DNA of 64,000 nucleotides, from the NCBI GenBank assembly GCA_026396015.1, contig JAPLXP010000014.1, positions 15,944 to 79,943 on the forward strand, in the 5' to 3' direction. How positions within the stretch are numbered: position 1 is the stretch's first letter; each line of letters opens with the position of its first letter. Made by a program: the position numbers and the translations under genes. Below the pieces are notes generated by a model. It had not been told where the DNA came from and ran no database searches. It worked only from the letters and a program-made list of their open reading frames with translations. Positions 40,383-50,716 of this stretch are shown one piece after another. This DNA comes from Candidatus Nomurabacteria bacterium (lineage in GTDB: Bacteria > Patescibacteriota > Minisyncoccia > Phycocordibacterales > UBA9973).

Positions 40383-41633
40383 TTATATTTTGGTTATATC
40401 TCTAGAGAAAAATAGATTCATAGTCCAATCAAATGCAACTTTGATTTTTTTGAATGGTGATATGAATTTGAATAGATATACTGTTCTCCACATGAACCAT
40501 GCTATAGCACCCGTAACAGGCACACCGAAAACATTGGCTAACCCCTCGAATCTGCCGAGTGACGCCATCTCTCCTTTTGATTCAAACTTGAATGGAATTA
40601 GGTCATATCCATTCATAAAGTTGTGCACGTTTTGAGCTACATGAGGGCCCTGCTGTGTAGCAACTTGAGCAGTCATAGGTAGTGGTAAACTATTTTCATT
40701 CTCTTTGATAAATGACACGTCGCCAATCACAAAAATTTCTGGATTATCTGCTATGTGCAGATTTTTATCTACAAATATTCTTCCACCTTTATCCATAGGT
40801 AAAATATTTGCAAACATTTCAGTATTTGGCTTTACTCCAGCTGTCCATACTGTATATGATGAATGTATTTTAGTATCGTCAGAAAATACGACTTCGTCTG
40901 CGTGAACCTCCTTTACTCCAGTATTCAGATATACTTTTATTTTTTTGTCTTGCAGTACAGTGAGGGCCTTGCCACGTAGCTTTACTGGAAAAGGTGCCAG
41001 AAGTTCTGGCCCACGATTCACTAGTGATACAGATATATCATCACAAGAAATAGAATCCTTGTAATAATCCATAAGAGTATTGTGTATAAATTCTGCCATT
41101 TCAGCTGCGAGCTCTACGCCAGTAGGACCCCCTCCGACAACCACAAATGATAGCGCTTTCTTGCGATCTTCATCTACTTTGAGTACTGATGCCTTTTGAA
41201 ATGCATCGATAATACTACCACGCATCTTTACTGCATCACTCAAATCTTTTAATGCCAATGAATGTTCCTCTGCCCCTGGTGTACCAAAATAATTTGTAGA
41301 TGCACCCAATGCGACAATAAGAATATCGTATGATAATTTTTCAAGACTAGTAGTAACAATCTTATTTTCTTTGTCGAGTGACAACACATCCGCTATATGT
41401 ATCACATCACCATTGCGAGATAGGAAATGCTGGATAGACTCTACGACAGAATTCTCAGACAACCCACCTGTAGCCACCTCGTGTAGTAGTGGAGTAAATA
41501 AAAAGTAATTTGTCTTATTTACAATAGTCACATCTATTTCGTTTTTATTGAAATGTCTATATAGAGATCTATATGCGTACAATCCCCCAAACCCAGCTCC
41601 GAGTATTAGAATTTTCTTTTTTGTTTTTATCAT
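40383..41633 (-). CDS. ndh: type II NADH dehydrogenase family FAD-dependent oxidoreductase
   Basis: GAGFGG, FTPLLHEVATG, VVGGGPTGVELA, AQVATQQG. Confidence 0.9.
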   Translation of the reverse strand: MIKTKKKILILGAGFGGLYAYRSLYRHFNKNEIDVTIVNKTNYFLFTPLLHEVATGGLSENSVVESIQHFLSRNGDVIHIADVLSLDKENKIVTTSLEKLSYDILIVALGASTNYFGTPGAEEHSLALKDLSDAVKMRGSIIDAFQKASVLKVDEDRKKALSFVVVGGGPTGVELAAEMAEFIHNTLMDYYKDSISCDDISVSLVNRGPELLAPFPVKLRGKALTVLQDKKIKVYLNTGVKEVHADEVVFSDDTKIHSSYTVWTAGVKPNTEMFANILPMDKGGRIFVDKNLHIADNPEIFVIGDVSFIKENENSLPLPMTAQVATQQGPHVAQNVHNFMNGYDLIPFKFESKGEMASLGRFEGLANVFGVPVTGAIAWFMWRTVYLFKFISPFKKIKVAFDWTMNLFFSRDITKI

Positions 41634-42328
41634 TTAATAATTTTTATTTTGATAATAGTACCACCATCACTCGACATTTTTATCATAACTTTATCCCCTA
41701 CTCTAAGCTCTTCTTTTAAGAATTTTTTATCTATTTTAAAAGTCTTTATTCCGTCAGTCTTGTCTACAGCCGAAAAATCGATTACATCAGTAGATTCATT
41801 CACTTGAGACAATTTACCGATATATACGGAATTAGATTTAATGGCACTTCGTGCTTTCAAGCGCTGTGAATTTCTGATTGGTACATTGTTTACGTACGTA
41901 CTCTTTATCGATTGCATACTATTTCTAATAGCAAAAAAATTCTCTGCCAATTCAGCCATTCCCAAACCCAAGACAACAGCGACCAGTACACTCAGAGCAA
42001 AAATCTTATTTCTGTCTTTTACACCGGGAAGGTCAAATTTTCGATAAATAAATATAAATACGAATACTAGACATATAGCAACCACAAGGTATTCATATAA
42101 AAAATGTTGCGGGCCATATACACTCTGATTCAAGAAATTTTCAACACTTCTCTTTTCAAAAAAATCAAAGATAAACATTGCTATTAAAAACACTGCCCCC
42201 AATATCAGGGTAGCACATATAGACAACACTCCGATTTGAGTACCACGAACAACCCAAGAAGGTATTGGTTTTTTATCTTTTATGTTTTCTTTTATCTTTA
42301 AAAGAATTTTCTGCTTATTATTATTCAT
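41630..42328 (-). CDS. membrane protein, probable anti-sigma factor
   Basis: Three TM helices plus a C-terminal beta domain, overlaps the ECF sigma stop. Confidence 0.6.
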   Translation of the reverse strand: MNNNKQKILLKIKENIKDKKPIPSWVVRGTQIGVLSICATLILGAVFLIAMFIFDFFEKRSVENFLNQSVYGPQHFLYEYLVVAICLVFVFIFIYRKFDLPGVKDRNKIFALSVLVAVVLGLGMAELAENFFAIRNSMQSIKSTYVNNVPIRNSQRLKARSAIKSNSVYIGKLSQVNESTDVIDFSAVDKTDGIKTFKIDKKFLKEELRVGDKVMIKMSSDGGTIIKIKIIK

Positions 42329-42866
42329 AATTAATTCCTTTTTCTGAAGCATATTTTTTAATTTTACTCTTCGCTCTTTTTATTTTGACAGTTATAGTAT
42401 TCTCTTTTATTTTATACAAATCAGATATTTCTTTTACAGACAGACCTTCAATATAAAACAGGGCTAGAATACTGCGCTCTTCTTCATCTACAAACTCCAA
42501 AAATTTTTCAACCATCATTTTGTCAGATAAATCCAAAGGTGCATCCTCAAAATGATCTTGATTATTTTCTAGATATGAATCGAGCGACACATTTGGATGC
42601 CTCATCTTTGGGCGAAGATGGTCAATAACTGTATTACGTGCAATACGATAAATCCATGCAGAAAAAGGAATAGATGGTGAATATGAATTTATAAATCTAT
42701 AAGCTTTATAAAAAGTCTCCGAAGTTGAGTCTTCTGCGTCGTCAGTATTACCTAGGTGCATTTTTGTAGTGTAGCGAAAGATTTTATCAAAGTATCTTTC
42801 AGTTACTTCATTAAAAAGCTCAGTATTCCCTTTCTGTATTTCTATTACTAGATCTTCATCTGTCAT
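42321..42866 (-). CDS. ECF RNA polymerase sigma factor
   Basis: DAED..SETFYKAY, FSAWIYRIARN..ID (region 2), EGLSVKEIS (region 4). Confidence 0.93.
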   Translation of the reverse strand: MTDEDLVIEIQKGNTELFNEVTERYFDKIFRYTTKMHLGNTDDAEDSTSETFYKAYRFINSYSPSIPFSAWIYRIARNTVIDHLRPKMRHPNVSLDSYLENNQDHFEDAPLDLSDKMMVEKFLEFVDEEERSILALFYIEGLSVKEISDLYKIKENTITVKIKRAKSKIKKYASEKGINYE

Positions 42867-42935
42867 AAGACCCATAATAGCACAAACCCCACATTGAAAA
42901 AATGCGGGGTTTGTTGCTTCTAATTAAATAGAGTA

Positions 42936-43319
42936 TTAGTTAGCTTTTGGAGCAGCAGTGCCTGCTTTGTTTGCATCCTTCTTTGCTTTCATTTCTGCCT
43001 TAGCAGCTTCACGCTTTGCATTTGCATCTGCCTTTGCAGCATCAATTTTTGACTTTGCTTCTGCTTTTGCAGCATCTTTCTTTGCTTTTGCATCTGCCTT
43101 TGCAGCATCTTTCTTTGCTTTGATTTCTGCTTTTGTAGCTTCTTTCTTTGCTTTAGCATCTACTTTAATTGAAGCTTTTTCTGTACTACCTGCATTCGCT
43201 GTATTTACTCCAGCAGCTGGAGTAGCTACTTCTGCAGCAAATACTGGAGATGCTACAACTGCTAATAGCATAAGACCCATAGAACCACTAACCAATGCTT
43301 TTTTGAAATTATTTTTCAT
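42936..43319 (-). CDS. secreted Ala/Lys-rich repeat protein
   Basis: Signal peptide ending VFA, then about five 11-aa KAKKDAAKADA-type repeats. Confidence 0.8.
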   Translation of the reverse strand: MKNNFKKALVSGSMGLMLLAVVASPVFAAEVATPAAGVNTANAGSTEKASIKVDAKAKKEATKAEIKAKKDAAKADAKAKKDAAKAEAKSKIDAAKADANAKREAAKAEMKAKKDANKAGTAAPKAN

Positions 43320-43377
43320 ATATATAATTGTTATTTTTTAATAATAAAAAGGCTTATTGTTGCCCTCTATATATTAC

Positions 43378-43404
43378 TACGTTTGAAACTAGTAAAATAT
43401 GACA
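43378..43404 (-). promoter_or_regulatory. putative ECF sigma promoter
   Basis: TGTCAT-N17-CGTA upstream of the AK-repeat/ECF/anti-sigma cluster. Confidence 0.45.
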
Positions 43405-43407
43405 ATA

Positions 43408-44124
43408 CTATCGAACAAAACAATCTGTATCTTTTGGCAAATATTTTTGTAATGCAAAATGAGGCATGTCCCCTGATATATAATGACATAGACCAGATTC
43501 GTTTGCTACTCTTATCCAGTCTCTATATTCAACAGAATCAACAGGGGGCACAATATCTACAGCAATACCTAATGAATGGTCTGAATCACAAGAAGGCGGA
43601 GTATGACCTTTTATAAAACCATGAATACTAGCCTCTCTAATCAATCGAGATTTTTGAGTACTATTTAATTCACTAATCTTTGAAATATCAATGTGTGTTT
43701 TATATTTACAATTATGACCCTCAGTAAAACTCTTGTCATTTACATATCTCCATATCTCCCACACTGAACGAATATGCTCACCATACAATGCGGGCCTATA
43801 TACTTGCAATATATTTAACTTCTTACCCCACTTATCCTCAAACAATTTTACTGCTTGATGTAACTCTGGCTTTGCATTATCCCAATCTAGAAACGGGTAT
43901 GGATCTTCACCTACCCATTTCTTTAATTCTGGAATTTCTTTTTCGGAAACTTCAATGGGAAGAACATCTTGCTTATCTTCTATCTTAGATATTTTTACGA
44001 CAGAGACTACGGGAACTTGCTTTGTATTATTAGAATCCAGATTCAAAAAAATAAATAAAATGAGCAGAATAAATCCCAACATCAAGATAACAATTTTTAT
44101 ATTTAAAGTTTTAATTTTAAGCAT
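43408..44124 (-). CDS. membrane-anchored M15-like zinc peptidoglycan peptidase
   Basis: N-terminal TM, YRP, SDHSLGIAVD (SxHxxGxAxD), DMPHF. Confidence 0.7.
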   Translation of the reverse strand: MLKIKTLNIKIVILMLGFILLILFIFLNLDSNNTKQVPVVSVVKISKIEDKQDVLPIEVSEKEIPELKKWVGEDPYPFLDWDNAKPELHQAVKLFEDKWGKKLNILQVYRPALYGEHIRSVWEIWRYVNDKSFTEGHNCKYKTHIDISKISELNSTQKSRLIREASIHGFIKGHTPPSCDSDHSLGIAVDIVPPVDSVEYRDWIRVANESGLCHYISGDMPHFALQKYLPKDTDCFVR

Positions 44125-44160
44125 TTTATTTTCGCGGGGAATTCCGATTTCGTTTTATTG

Positions 44161-44247
44161 CGGAGAGAGAGGGATTTGAACCCTCGAAGGCTTTAACACC
44201 TTGCTACCTTTCCAAGGTAGTCGTTTCAACCACTCACGCACCTCTCC
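44161..44247 (-). tRNA. tRNA-Ser(GGA)
   Basis: GGAGAGG acceptor, anticodon arm ctacc-ttGGAaa-ggtag, long variable arm, GGTTCAAATCC. CCA is not encoded. Confidence 0.97.
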
Positions 44248-44369
44248 ATATCCTAAATACGCCTGCCCGAAGGCAGGCATATTTAAGTGTTGTGGGCATT
44301 TATAAATAAGAGCCCACATGTAAAGAACATCCAGAGAGTATATTACTACTTTTACACACGAAACACAAA

Positions 44370-45257
44370 CTACATTTCTCTCAAAATCTTGATTCTGTCT
44401 TCTAGTGGTGGATGAGTAGAAAATAGATTTCCTATCTTCTTTGCTTTGTCGCCAGCACCAAATGGATTGGAAATATATAGATGTGCAATGGCTGTAGACT
44501 GATGATTCATGGGAGCACTATATTTCTCCAACTTTTCTAAAGCAGAGGCTAGACCTTCTGGATAGCGAGTCAGTAATGCACCAGATGCATCGGCTAGATA
44601 CTCACGCTTACGAGAGATTGCGAGCTGTATGAGTGTAGCCATAATAGGAGCTAGAATTGCTAGTACTACGCCGAGGATCATGAATAGCATATTACCCTCT
44701 CTATCATCGCGCCTATTACCAAATAGGGTCATACGTATAATCATGTCTGAAATAATAGATATAAATCCTACTAGAACCACAGCCACAGTCGATACGAGCA
44801 TATCCCTATTTCCAATGTGGCTCATCTCGTGAGCCATCACCCCTTCGAGCTCTTGCTTGTTCATGATTGCGAGGAGTCCAGTCGTCGCAGCGACTACTGA
44901 ATGATCCTTGTCGCGGCCAGTAGCGAATGCATTTGGCGCCGAATCCTCTATCACATAAATTTTTGGTATTGGTAATCCTGCAGTGATAGATAGATTCTCC
45001 ACAGTCGTATACAAATCAAAATATTGCTCACGTGTAGCAGGATGTGCACCTGCGATAGCGAGTGCAATCTTGTCTGAATACCAATAGCCGATAATATTCA
45101 TCACGATACTAAATACAACAAAAATATAAAGAATATTTGGATTGCCATATAGCTGGGAAATAAAAAATCCGAGTCCTATGACAATGATCAAAAAACCACT
45201 CATGAGCAGCCATGTCTTTTCTACGTTCTTTGTTTGTTGAGTATATAGTGTTGCCAT
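44370..45257 (-). CDS. htpX: M48 zinc metalloprotease HtpX
   Basis: PNAFATG, AHEMSH, SRKREYLAD, STHPP. Confidence 0.95.
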   Translation of the reverse strand: MATLYTQQTKNVEKTWLLMSGFLIIVIGLGFFISQLYGNPNILYIFVVFSIVMNIIGYWYSDKIALAIAGAHPATREQYFDLYTTVENLSITAGLPIPKIYVIEDSAPNAFATGRDKDHSVVAATTGLLAIMNKQELEGVMAHEMSHIGNRDMLVSTVAVVLVGFISIISDMIIRMTLFGNRRDDREGNMLFMILGVVLAILAPIMATLIQLAISRKREYLADASGALLTRYPEGLASALEKLEKYSAPMNHQSTAIAHLYISNPFGAGDKAKKIGNLFSTHPPLEDRIKILREM

Positions 45258-45264
45258 TTTTTAC

Positions 45265-46017
45265 TTAGATAACATTATCCCCTTTTATCATCTTCATTGC
45301 CTCTTGAACTGTAGTCATAAATTGCGCAGGAAAAATAATTGTAGAATTCTTTTCTACACTAATCTCTGCCATAGTCTGCAATGTGCGGAGTTGTAGTGCT
45401 ACAGGATGTGCAGTCATGATATCTGCTGCTTCTCCAAGCTTTTGTGCAGCTTGCATTTCACCTTCTGCTGCTACGATCTTTGCACGGCGTTCACGCTCTG
45501 CCTCGGCCTCCTTTGCCATAGCACGCTGCATGTTCTCTGGTAGCGAGATATCTTTGATCTCAACTGCAGAGACCTCTACTCCCCATGGCTCTGTATGTGC
45601 ATCGATCACATTCTTGATCTGATTGTTTATCTCACCTGTCTGAGAAAGTAGCTGGTCTAGCTGGAATTGCCCTACTACATTACGCACTGTAGTCTGACTG
45701 ATTTGATTTACTGCTTTGTATACATCCTCGATACTTACCACTGCCTTCATCGGATCTACTACATGATAATAGGCTACAGCTGCGATATCTATAGATACAT
45801 TATCTTTTGTAATAATTTTTTGTGATGGAATCTCCATAGTCACCGTGCGGAGCTGCACTCTAGTCATCTGTTCAAAAACTGGGATGACTAGTATCAATCC
45901 TGGACCACGAATACCTGCAGATTTACCGAGAAACAATATGACTCCTCTCTCATACTCCTTTACCACCCGGATAGAAGCGATGAGTAATAAAACAATAACA
46001 GCGATAATTATGTACAT
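45265..46017 (-). CDS. SPFH/stomatin (slipin) family protein
   Basis: TKDNV, QTTVRNVVG, EAERERRAKI, ALQLRTLQT. Confidence 0.95.
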   Translation of the reverse strand: MYIIIAVIVLLLIASIRVVKEYERGVILFLGKSAGIRGPGLILVIPVFEQMTRVQLRTVTMEIPSQKIITKDNVSIDIAAVAYYHVVDPMKAVVSIEDVYKAVNQISQTTVRNVVGQFQLDQLLSQTGEINNQIKNVIDAHTEPWGVEVSAVEIKDISLPENMQRAMAKEAEAERERRAKIVAAEGEMQAAQKLGEAADIMTAHPVALQLRTLQTMAEISVEKNSTIIFPAQFMTTVQEAMKMIKGDNVI

Positions 46018-46035
46018 ATATAATATATTAATTTA

Positions 46036-46344
46036 TTAATTCTTATTTGGAGTGTAGTAATCTGAGATATCATCTACCGATACAGTGACACCATATTCAA
46101 AACTAGGATTCTCTTCATTTTTAGACGAAATATTCAGAGTTAAGGCATCAGAATTTTTTTCTGATACAGAATAAATCTCTCCTTTATACATAGCTGTGTC
46201 ACCGATCTTTATATCGTCAAATTTAACTTTTCGTGCTTTTTCTATGTCAGATTGTTTTTTATTATTCTCTTCTAAAACTTTTTTATCCCAAGCTTCATTA
46301 TCTTTCTTTGCATTATCTCCTGATGAAAATTTAAAGGACTCCAT
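46036..46344 (-). CDS. hypothetical protein
   Basis: 102-aa ORF tightly packed within the operon, possible SH3-like C-terminus. Confidence 0.7.
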   Translation of the reverse strand: MESFKFSSGDNAKKDNEAWDKKVLEENNKKQSDIEKARKVKFDDIKIGDTAMYKGEIYSVSEKNSDALTLNISSKNEENPSFEYGVTVSVDDISDYYTPNKN

Positions 46345-46349
46345 AAGAT

Positions 46350-46904
46350 TTAGAATTTAACTTCTACTGGATTCTTTTCTACACTATCAGCCTCGAGCTG
46401 AAAGAAGTCCATCTTTGTAAATGAGAACATTGATGCGATCACATTGCCTGGGAACATTTGTATTCCAGTGTTGAAATCACGAACATTGCCATTGTAAAAA
46501 CGACGAGCTGCTTGTATTTTGTTTTCTGTATCTGAAAGTTCTTTTTGGAGTTCGATAAAGTTTGTATTTGCTTTGAGCTCTGGATAAGCTTCAGATATTG
46601 CGATGATAGATTTTAGAGTTCCTGATAGCATATTCTCTGCTGCACCCTTTTCCTCAGCTTTCGCACCCATAGCAGCTGAACGAGCCTCTGTCACCTTTTC
46701 AAATACTGCAGATTCATGAGTAGCATAACCTTTTACTGTATTCACAATATTTGGTATCAAATCATAGCGACGCTTTAGCTGTACATCGATATCTGCCCAT
46801 GCCTCGGTAGCACGATTTTTCAACGTGACAAAACCATTGTATTTAATAATAAAAAACAAAACGACTAGACCCAAAACCACTAAAATAATTAAAGTTGTAC
46901 TCAT
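46350..46904 (-). CDS. lemA: LemA family protein
   Basis: AWADIDVQLKRRYDLIPN, EAYPELKAN, ARRFYN. Confidence 0.96.
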   Translation of the reverse strand: MSTTLIILVVLGLVVLFFIIKYNGFVTLKNRATEAWADIDVQLKRRYDLIPNIVNTVKGYATHESAVFEKVTEARSAAMGAKAEEKGAAENMLSGTLKSIIAISEAYPELKANTNFIELQKELSDTENKIQAARRFYNGNVRDFNTGIQMFPGNVIASMFSFTKMDFFQLEADSVEKNPVEVKF

Positions 46905-47006
46905 AAAAATAAGGTTAAATAATAAATCACTTATAAGTCTATTATACCAAAAAACTCCCCATTTTACGAGGGAGTTTTTTGATGTAGAAAATCTACAATT
47001 TATGAG

Positions 47007-47876
47007 CTACTTCTTCTTGTTTACCATCACTAGTAGTGGACTTGCAAGGAAGATTGATGAATATGTTCCAAAGAACATTCCAGCAGTTAGCATCATAGCA
47101 AATACCTTTGTAGTAGATGGACCCCAGAATACCAATGCGAGCAATACTACGATAACTGTGAATGATGTAGCTATTGAGCGAGTGTAAACTTGAGTCAGAC
47201 TGTTCCCTACTGTCTCTTCAAAAGTCTTGAAATGTCCCATGCGAATATTCTCACGGATACGGTCGAATACTACGATAGTATCTGACACAGATAGACCCAA
47301 TACTGTCAGCACTGCCACTACGAATAGTGTATCCACCTCTACTCCATAAGTATGAGATAGGAATGCAAATACTCCGACTGGAATCATTATATCGTGGATC
47401 AATGTAGCGATAGCTATCAAACCGTATTTCCAAGAAGAAACAGGCTTTGAGACTTTACGGAAAGAGAAAGCGATAAAGAAGATAATTCCGAGTGATACAA
47501 AGATAAATGAGAACAATGCCTTACGAGCGAGCTCGGTACCCACAGATGGACCAATAGAAGTAAATGTCTTTTCTGTAGATCCAGATAGAGACATCAACAA
47601 TGCCTGGTGTTCTGCTTCTGTAAGATTCTTTGTCTTGATACTATATCCGTCTGTACCCGTTGGCTGAATTAGAGCTTCACCAATATTTAATTTACTGATT
47701 GATTCTGAAACTAATACTTGTTCTGGGCGAGCTCCTACATATGATACTTCTAGCAATGAACCTCCCTTGAAATCAATACCCATATTCAAACCAAAGTATG
47801 AAATAGAAGCGATTGAAATCAACACGAGTAATGCAGAGATTGCAACGAAAACTTTTTTGTATTTAATGATAAACAT
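47007..47876 (-). CDS. secF: protein translocase subunit SecF
   Basis: GIDFKGG, DTIVVFDRIRE, GTYSSIFLASP. Start ATG 47876. Confidence 0.97.
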   Translation of the reverse strand: MFIIKYKKVFVAISALLVLISIASISYFGLNMGIDFKGGSLLEVSYVGARPEQVLVSESISKLNIGEALIQPTGTDGYSIKTKNLTEAEHQALLMSLSGSTEKTFTSIGPSVGTELARKALFSFIFVSLGIIFFIAFSFRKVSKPVSSWKYGLIAIATLIHDIMIPVGVFAFLSHTYGVEVDTLFVVAVLTVLGLSVSDTIVVFDRIRENIRMGHFKTFEETVGNSLTQVYTRSIATSFTVIVVLLALVFWGPSTTKVFAMMLTAGMFFGTYSSIFLASPLLVMVNKKK

Positions 47877-47880
47877 ATAA

Positions 47881-49263
47881 TTATTTGTGAGAAGAAGCAT
47901 TAGTAAAACCCGACCCAAAAAGGAAACTGATAAGCTTTGTATGCTTTGTAATATTTAGAGAGTACAGGAACAATCTTGTGATTGTAATCGCAGAGAACAT
48001 TGATACGATAACTCCAAGGAAGAATGTGAGAGCGAACCCTTGGATAAGTGGTGTACCGAATGCGTACAATATACATGCAGTCAAAAGACTTGAGATGTTT
48101 GAATCACGGATAGACAACCATGCACGAGAGAATCCATTGCGGATTGCTTCTGCTACATTGCGTCCAGTACCTAGCTCTTCTTTGATACGTTCAAAGATCA
48201 GAACATTGGCATCCACAGCAATACCGATAGAGATAATAAATCCAGCGATACCAGCAGCAGTAAGAGTCACAGGGATCAATTTGAATATAGCAAGGATTGT
48301 TACTGTATAGATTGATAGTGCCAATACTGCGAGTAATCCTGGGAGTCTGTACCAAAAGATAAGGAATATTGCGATAGCAAGGAATCCAATCAATGCAGCT
48401 TTTACTCCAGCAGCAGTAGCTGTACTACCAAGTGACGGACCGATTGTCTCAGTACCAATATGCTCAATAGGTACAGGAAGTGCACCAGAATTTAGACGTC
48501 CTACTAGAGTCTTTGCCTCTGCAGGTGTAAAGTTTCCAGAGATCTGTGCTACTCCACCAGTGATAGCCTCACGTACAACCGGAGCTGATATAGGTGCACC
48601 ATCTAGGTAGATAGCTACAGTCTTACCAACATTTTCTCTTGTAATTTTTTCAAATAATTTTGAACCTTCATCATTGAATTTAAGTGAAACTTTTGGTTCA
48701 CCAGTATTTTGATCAAATTCCAAAGTTGCCTTTGAGAGGTAGCGACCAGTTAGTTCTGTACTTACGTACTGTGAATCAATACTCAAGTTAACCTTTCCAT
48801 CTTTTCCTACAGTAGCAGTCTGAGGTGCATTCTTGTTTGGATTTTCAGTTTTGAATTCAAGCAATGGTGTCTGACCGATCATAGACACTGCCTTTGATAC
48901 ATCAGTCACACCAGGAAGATCAATGATAAGACGATTTTCGCCACCATTTGAAAATCCACTATTCTGGACTGTGATGACTGGTTCTGCTACTCCAAATAAG
49001 TTGATACGTCTTTCAATAACATCACGAAGAGCACTCATAGATTCTGCGACTTGATCAGATTTTATTTTTGAGACATCTGCGCGATAAATAAGATGACTAC
49101 CACCAGAAAGATCAAGACCCAATTTAAATGGGAATTTAGCTACACCGTGTGCAGTATCAGTCTTTGCAAGCTTTTGATGTGCTAGCTCTGACTTGTAAAC
49201 AAAAAAACCTATACCAAAACCGATAATAAGGATTAATAATGCTGTAATTCTCGTTTTCCACAT
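47881..49263 (-). CDS. secD: protein translocase subunit SecD
   Basis: LGLDLSGG, GALPVP, AVDANVLIFERIKEE. Confidence 0.97.
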   Translation of the reverse strand: MWKTRITALLILIIGFGIGFFVYKSELAHQKLAKTDTAHGVAKFPFKLGLDLSGGSHLIYRADVSKIKSDQVAESMSALRDVIERRINLFGVAEPVITVQNSGFSNGGENRLIIDLPGVTDVSKAVSMIGQTPLLEFKTENPNKNAPQTATVGKDGKVNLSIDSQYVSTELTGRYLSKATLEFDQNTGEPKVSLKFNDEGSKLFEKITRENVGKTVAIYLDGAPISAPVVREAITGGVAQISGNFTPAEAKTLVGRLNSGALPVPIEHIGTETIGPSLGSTATAAGVKAALIGFLAIAIFLIFWYRLPGLLAVLALSIYTVTILAIFKLIPVTLTAAGIAGFIISIGIAVDANVLIFERIKEELGTGRNVAEAIRNGFSRAWLSIRDSNISSLLTACILYAFGTPLIQGFALTFFLGVIVSMFSAITITRLFLYSLNITKHTKLISFLFGSGFTNASSHK

Positions 49264-49414
49264 AATAGGGTTATTTTATAGGGTTTTAGCTAAAAAAGCA
49301 ACTTATCAGTGTGTTTTATTATATTAATCAAAGATATCACTTCACACTAAAATTTAGTGATTTTTAAAGGGAAAAGAACTATAAAACCCTTGTTTTTAAA
49401 GCTATTTTATATAC

Positions 49415-49444
49415 TTGACAATATGCTCATATATGTGGTATACT
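49415..49444 (+). promoter_or_regulatory. sigma70 promoter followed by a structured 5' leader
   Basis: TTGACA-N18-TATACT with TG extension. Confidence 0.6.
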
Positions 49445-49562
49445 ATATATAAGTTCATTTATGGGTTTGGTTTTAATCCCTAATTGCAAGGCTCTCATAG
49501 TAACTATAAAATAGTTCTTATGAAAACCTTGTAATGTAGCATGGTTTTAAAAACAAAGAAAA

Positions 49563-49853
49563 ATGAAAAAGTTATTTGAATTAATTAAAATAAATGTAAG
49601 GTATTTTTTACATTTTAGTTACGAATTAATTGTATGGTTAAAACATTATAGCCTTATAATTTTAGTATTTGTAGCTTGTGTAGTGGGATTGCTCTTGAGT
49701 TACCAAGAAGTTTTTATGGGAATTCACAGATTCCCTGATTACTTTAATAGAGTGAGCTCTCTTGGGGCTTCTGCTATCTACCTAGGGTCACTTGCATTGT
49801 TATTCTATTCAATTCTATCCGCTATTAATTATAGAGGTTGGAAGAAAATTTAA
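49563..49853 (+). CDS. small membrane protein
   Basis: 96 aa with two hydrophobic segments. Confidence 0.6.
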   Translation: MKKLFELIKINVRYFLHFSYELIVWLKHYSLIILVFVACVVGLLLSYQEVFMGIHRFPDYFNRVSSLGASAIYLGSLALLFYSILSAINYRGWKKI

Positions 49854-49923
49854 TTTTAAAAAGAACAAAAAAAAGATTAAACGTCACTAAGTGGCGTTTA
49901 TTTTTTATTCACCCAACAACTAT

Positions 49924-49942
49924 CCATAAGTCCGACTTATGG
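49924..49942. repeat. palindrome with the same GTCCGAC centre as REP-A
   Basis: ccataagtc-c-gacttatgg abutting the uppP stop codon. Confidence 0.7.
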
Positions 49943-50716
49943 CTAGTTAAGGAATAGGTAAAACAAAACAATAATTCCGAGTGCAATACGATACCACCCA
50001 AATACACCGAATGAGTGACTACGGATATAATTCAAAAACATTTTAATAACAAAATAGGCAACGATAAATGAGACAATAAAACCAAGGCCAATACTACCCC
50101 ACTGTGATGTAGTGATAGAAAGCCCTGATTTATACACATCGTAGAGTGTAGCTGCGAGCATTGTAGGAATAGCGAGCATAAAAGAAAATTCAGTAATTAA
50201 TTTTCGAGGAATTTTTATAGCTCTTCCTGAAATAATCACTGCGCCAGATCGTGACACTCCAGGCACCACAGCTAGAGCCTGAGCTGTACCCAGGAGTAGT
50301 AGCTCTTTATTCGTAAGAGTCTCGATCCCCCTCTCCTCTTCTGAACTATCACCATATCTTTTTTCAAATAGAACGATGATGATACCACCTAGCAGTAAGG
50401 CAGACGCGATAATAAAAGTATTACCCAATAGATAATGTTTTACAATTTTATATAATACGAAACCAATGACTCCAGTAGGAATAAAAGATATTACGAGTGC
50501 TCGTATAGTGCTCCAAGTAAATAACTTTTTAAAATACAATACAACTACTGCCATAATAGCGCCGAGTTGAATTATGATTTCAAAACTTTTTATAAAATCT
50601 GAAGTTGGTATAGATAGCAATGATCGAACCAGATCAATATGCGCAGTAGAAGATACTGGTAAAAATTCAGTTAGGCCTTCTACTATCCCTAGTATGATTG
50701 TATGGATGATGTTCAT
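49943..50716 (-). CDS. uppP: undecaprenyl-diphosphate phosphatase
   Basis: GIVEGLTEFLPVSSTAH, PGVSRSG. Confidence 0.96.
   Translation of the reverse strand: MNIIHTIILGIVEGLTEFLPVSSTAHIDLVRSLLSIPTSDFIKSFEIIIQLGAIMAVVVLYFKKLFTWSTIRALVISFIPTGVIGFVLYKIVKHYLLGNTFIIASALLLGGIIIVLFEKRYGDSSEEERGIETLTNKELLLLGTAQALAVVPGVSRSGAVIISGRAIKIPRKLITEFSFMLAIPTMLAATLYDVYKSGLSITTSQWGSIGLGFIVSFIVAYFVIKMFLNYIRSHSFGVFGWYRIALGIIVLFYLFLN

Noticed and set aside
42958-43341. Ala/Phe repeat plus-strand ORF
   Set aside because: Antisense of the AK-repeat protein, which has the signal peptide
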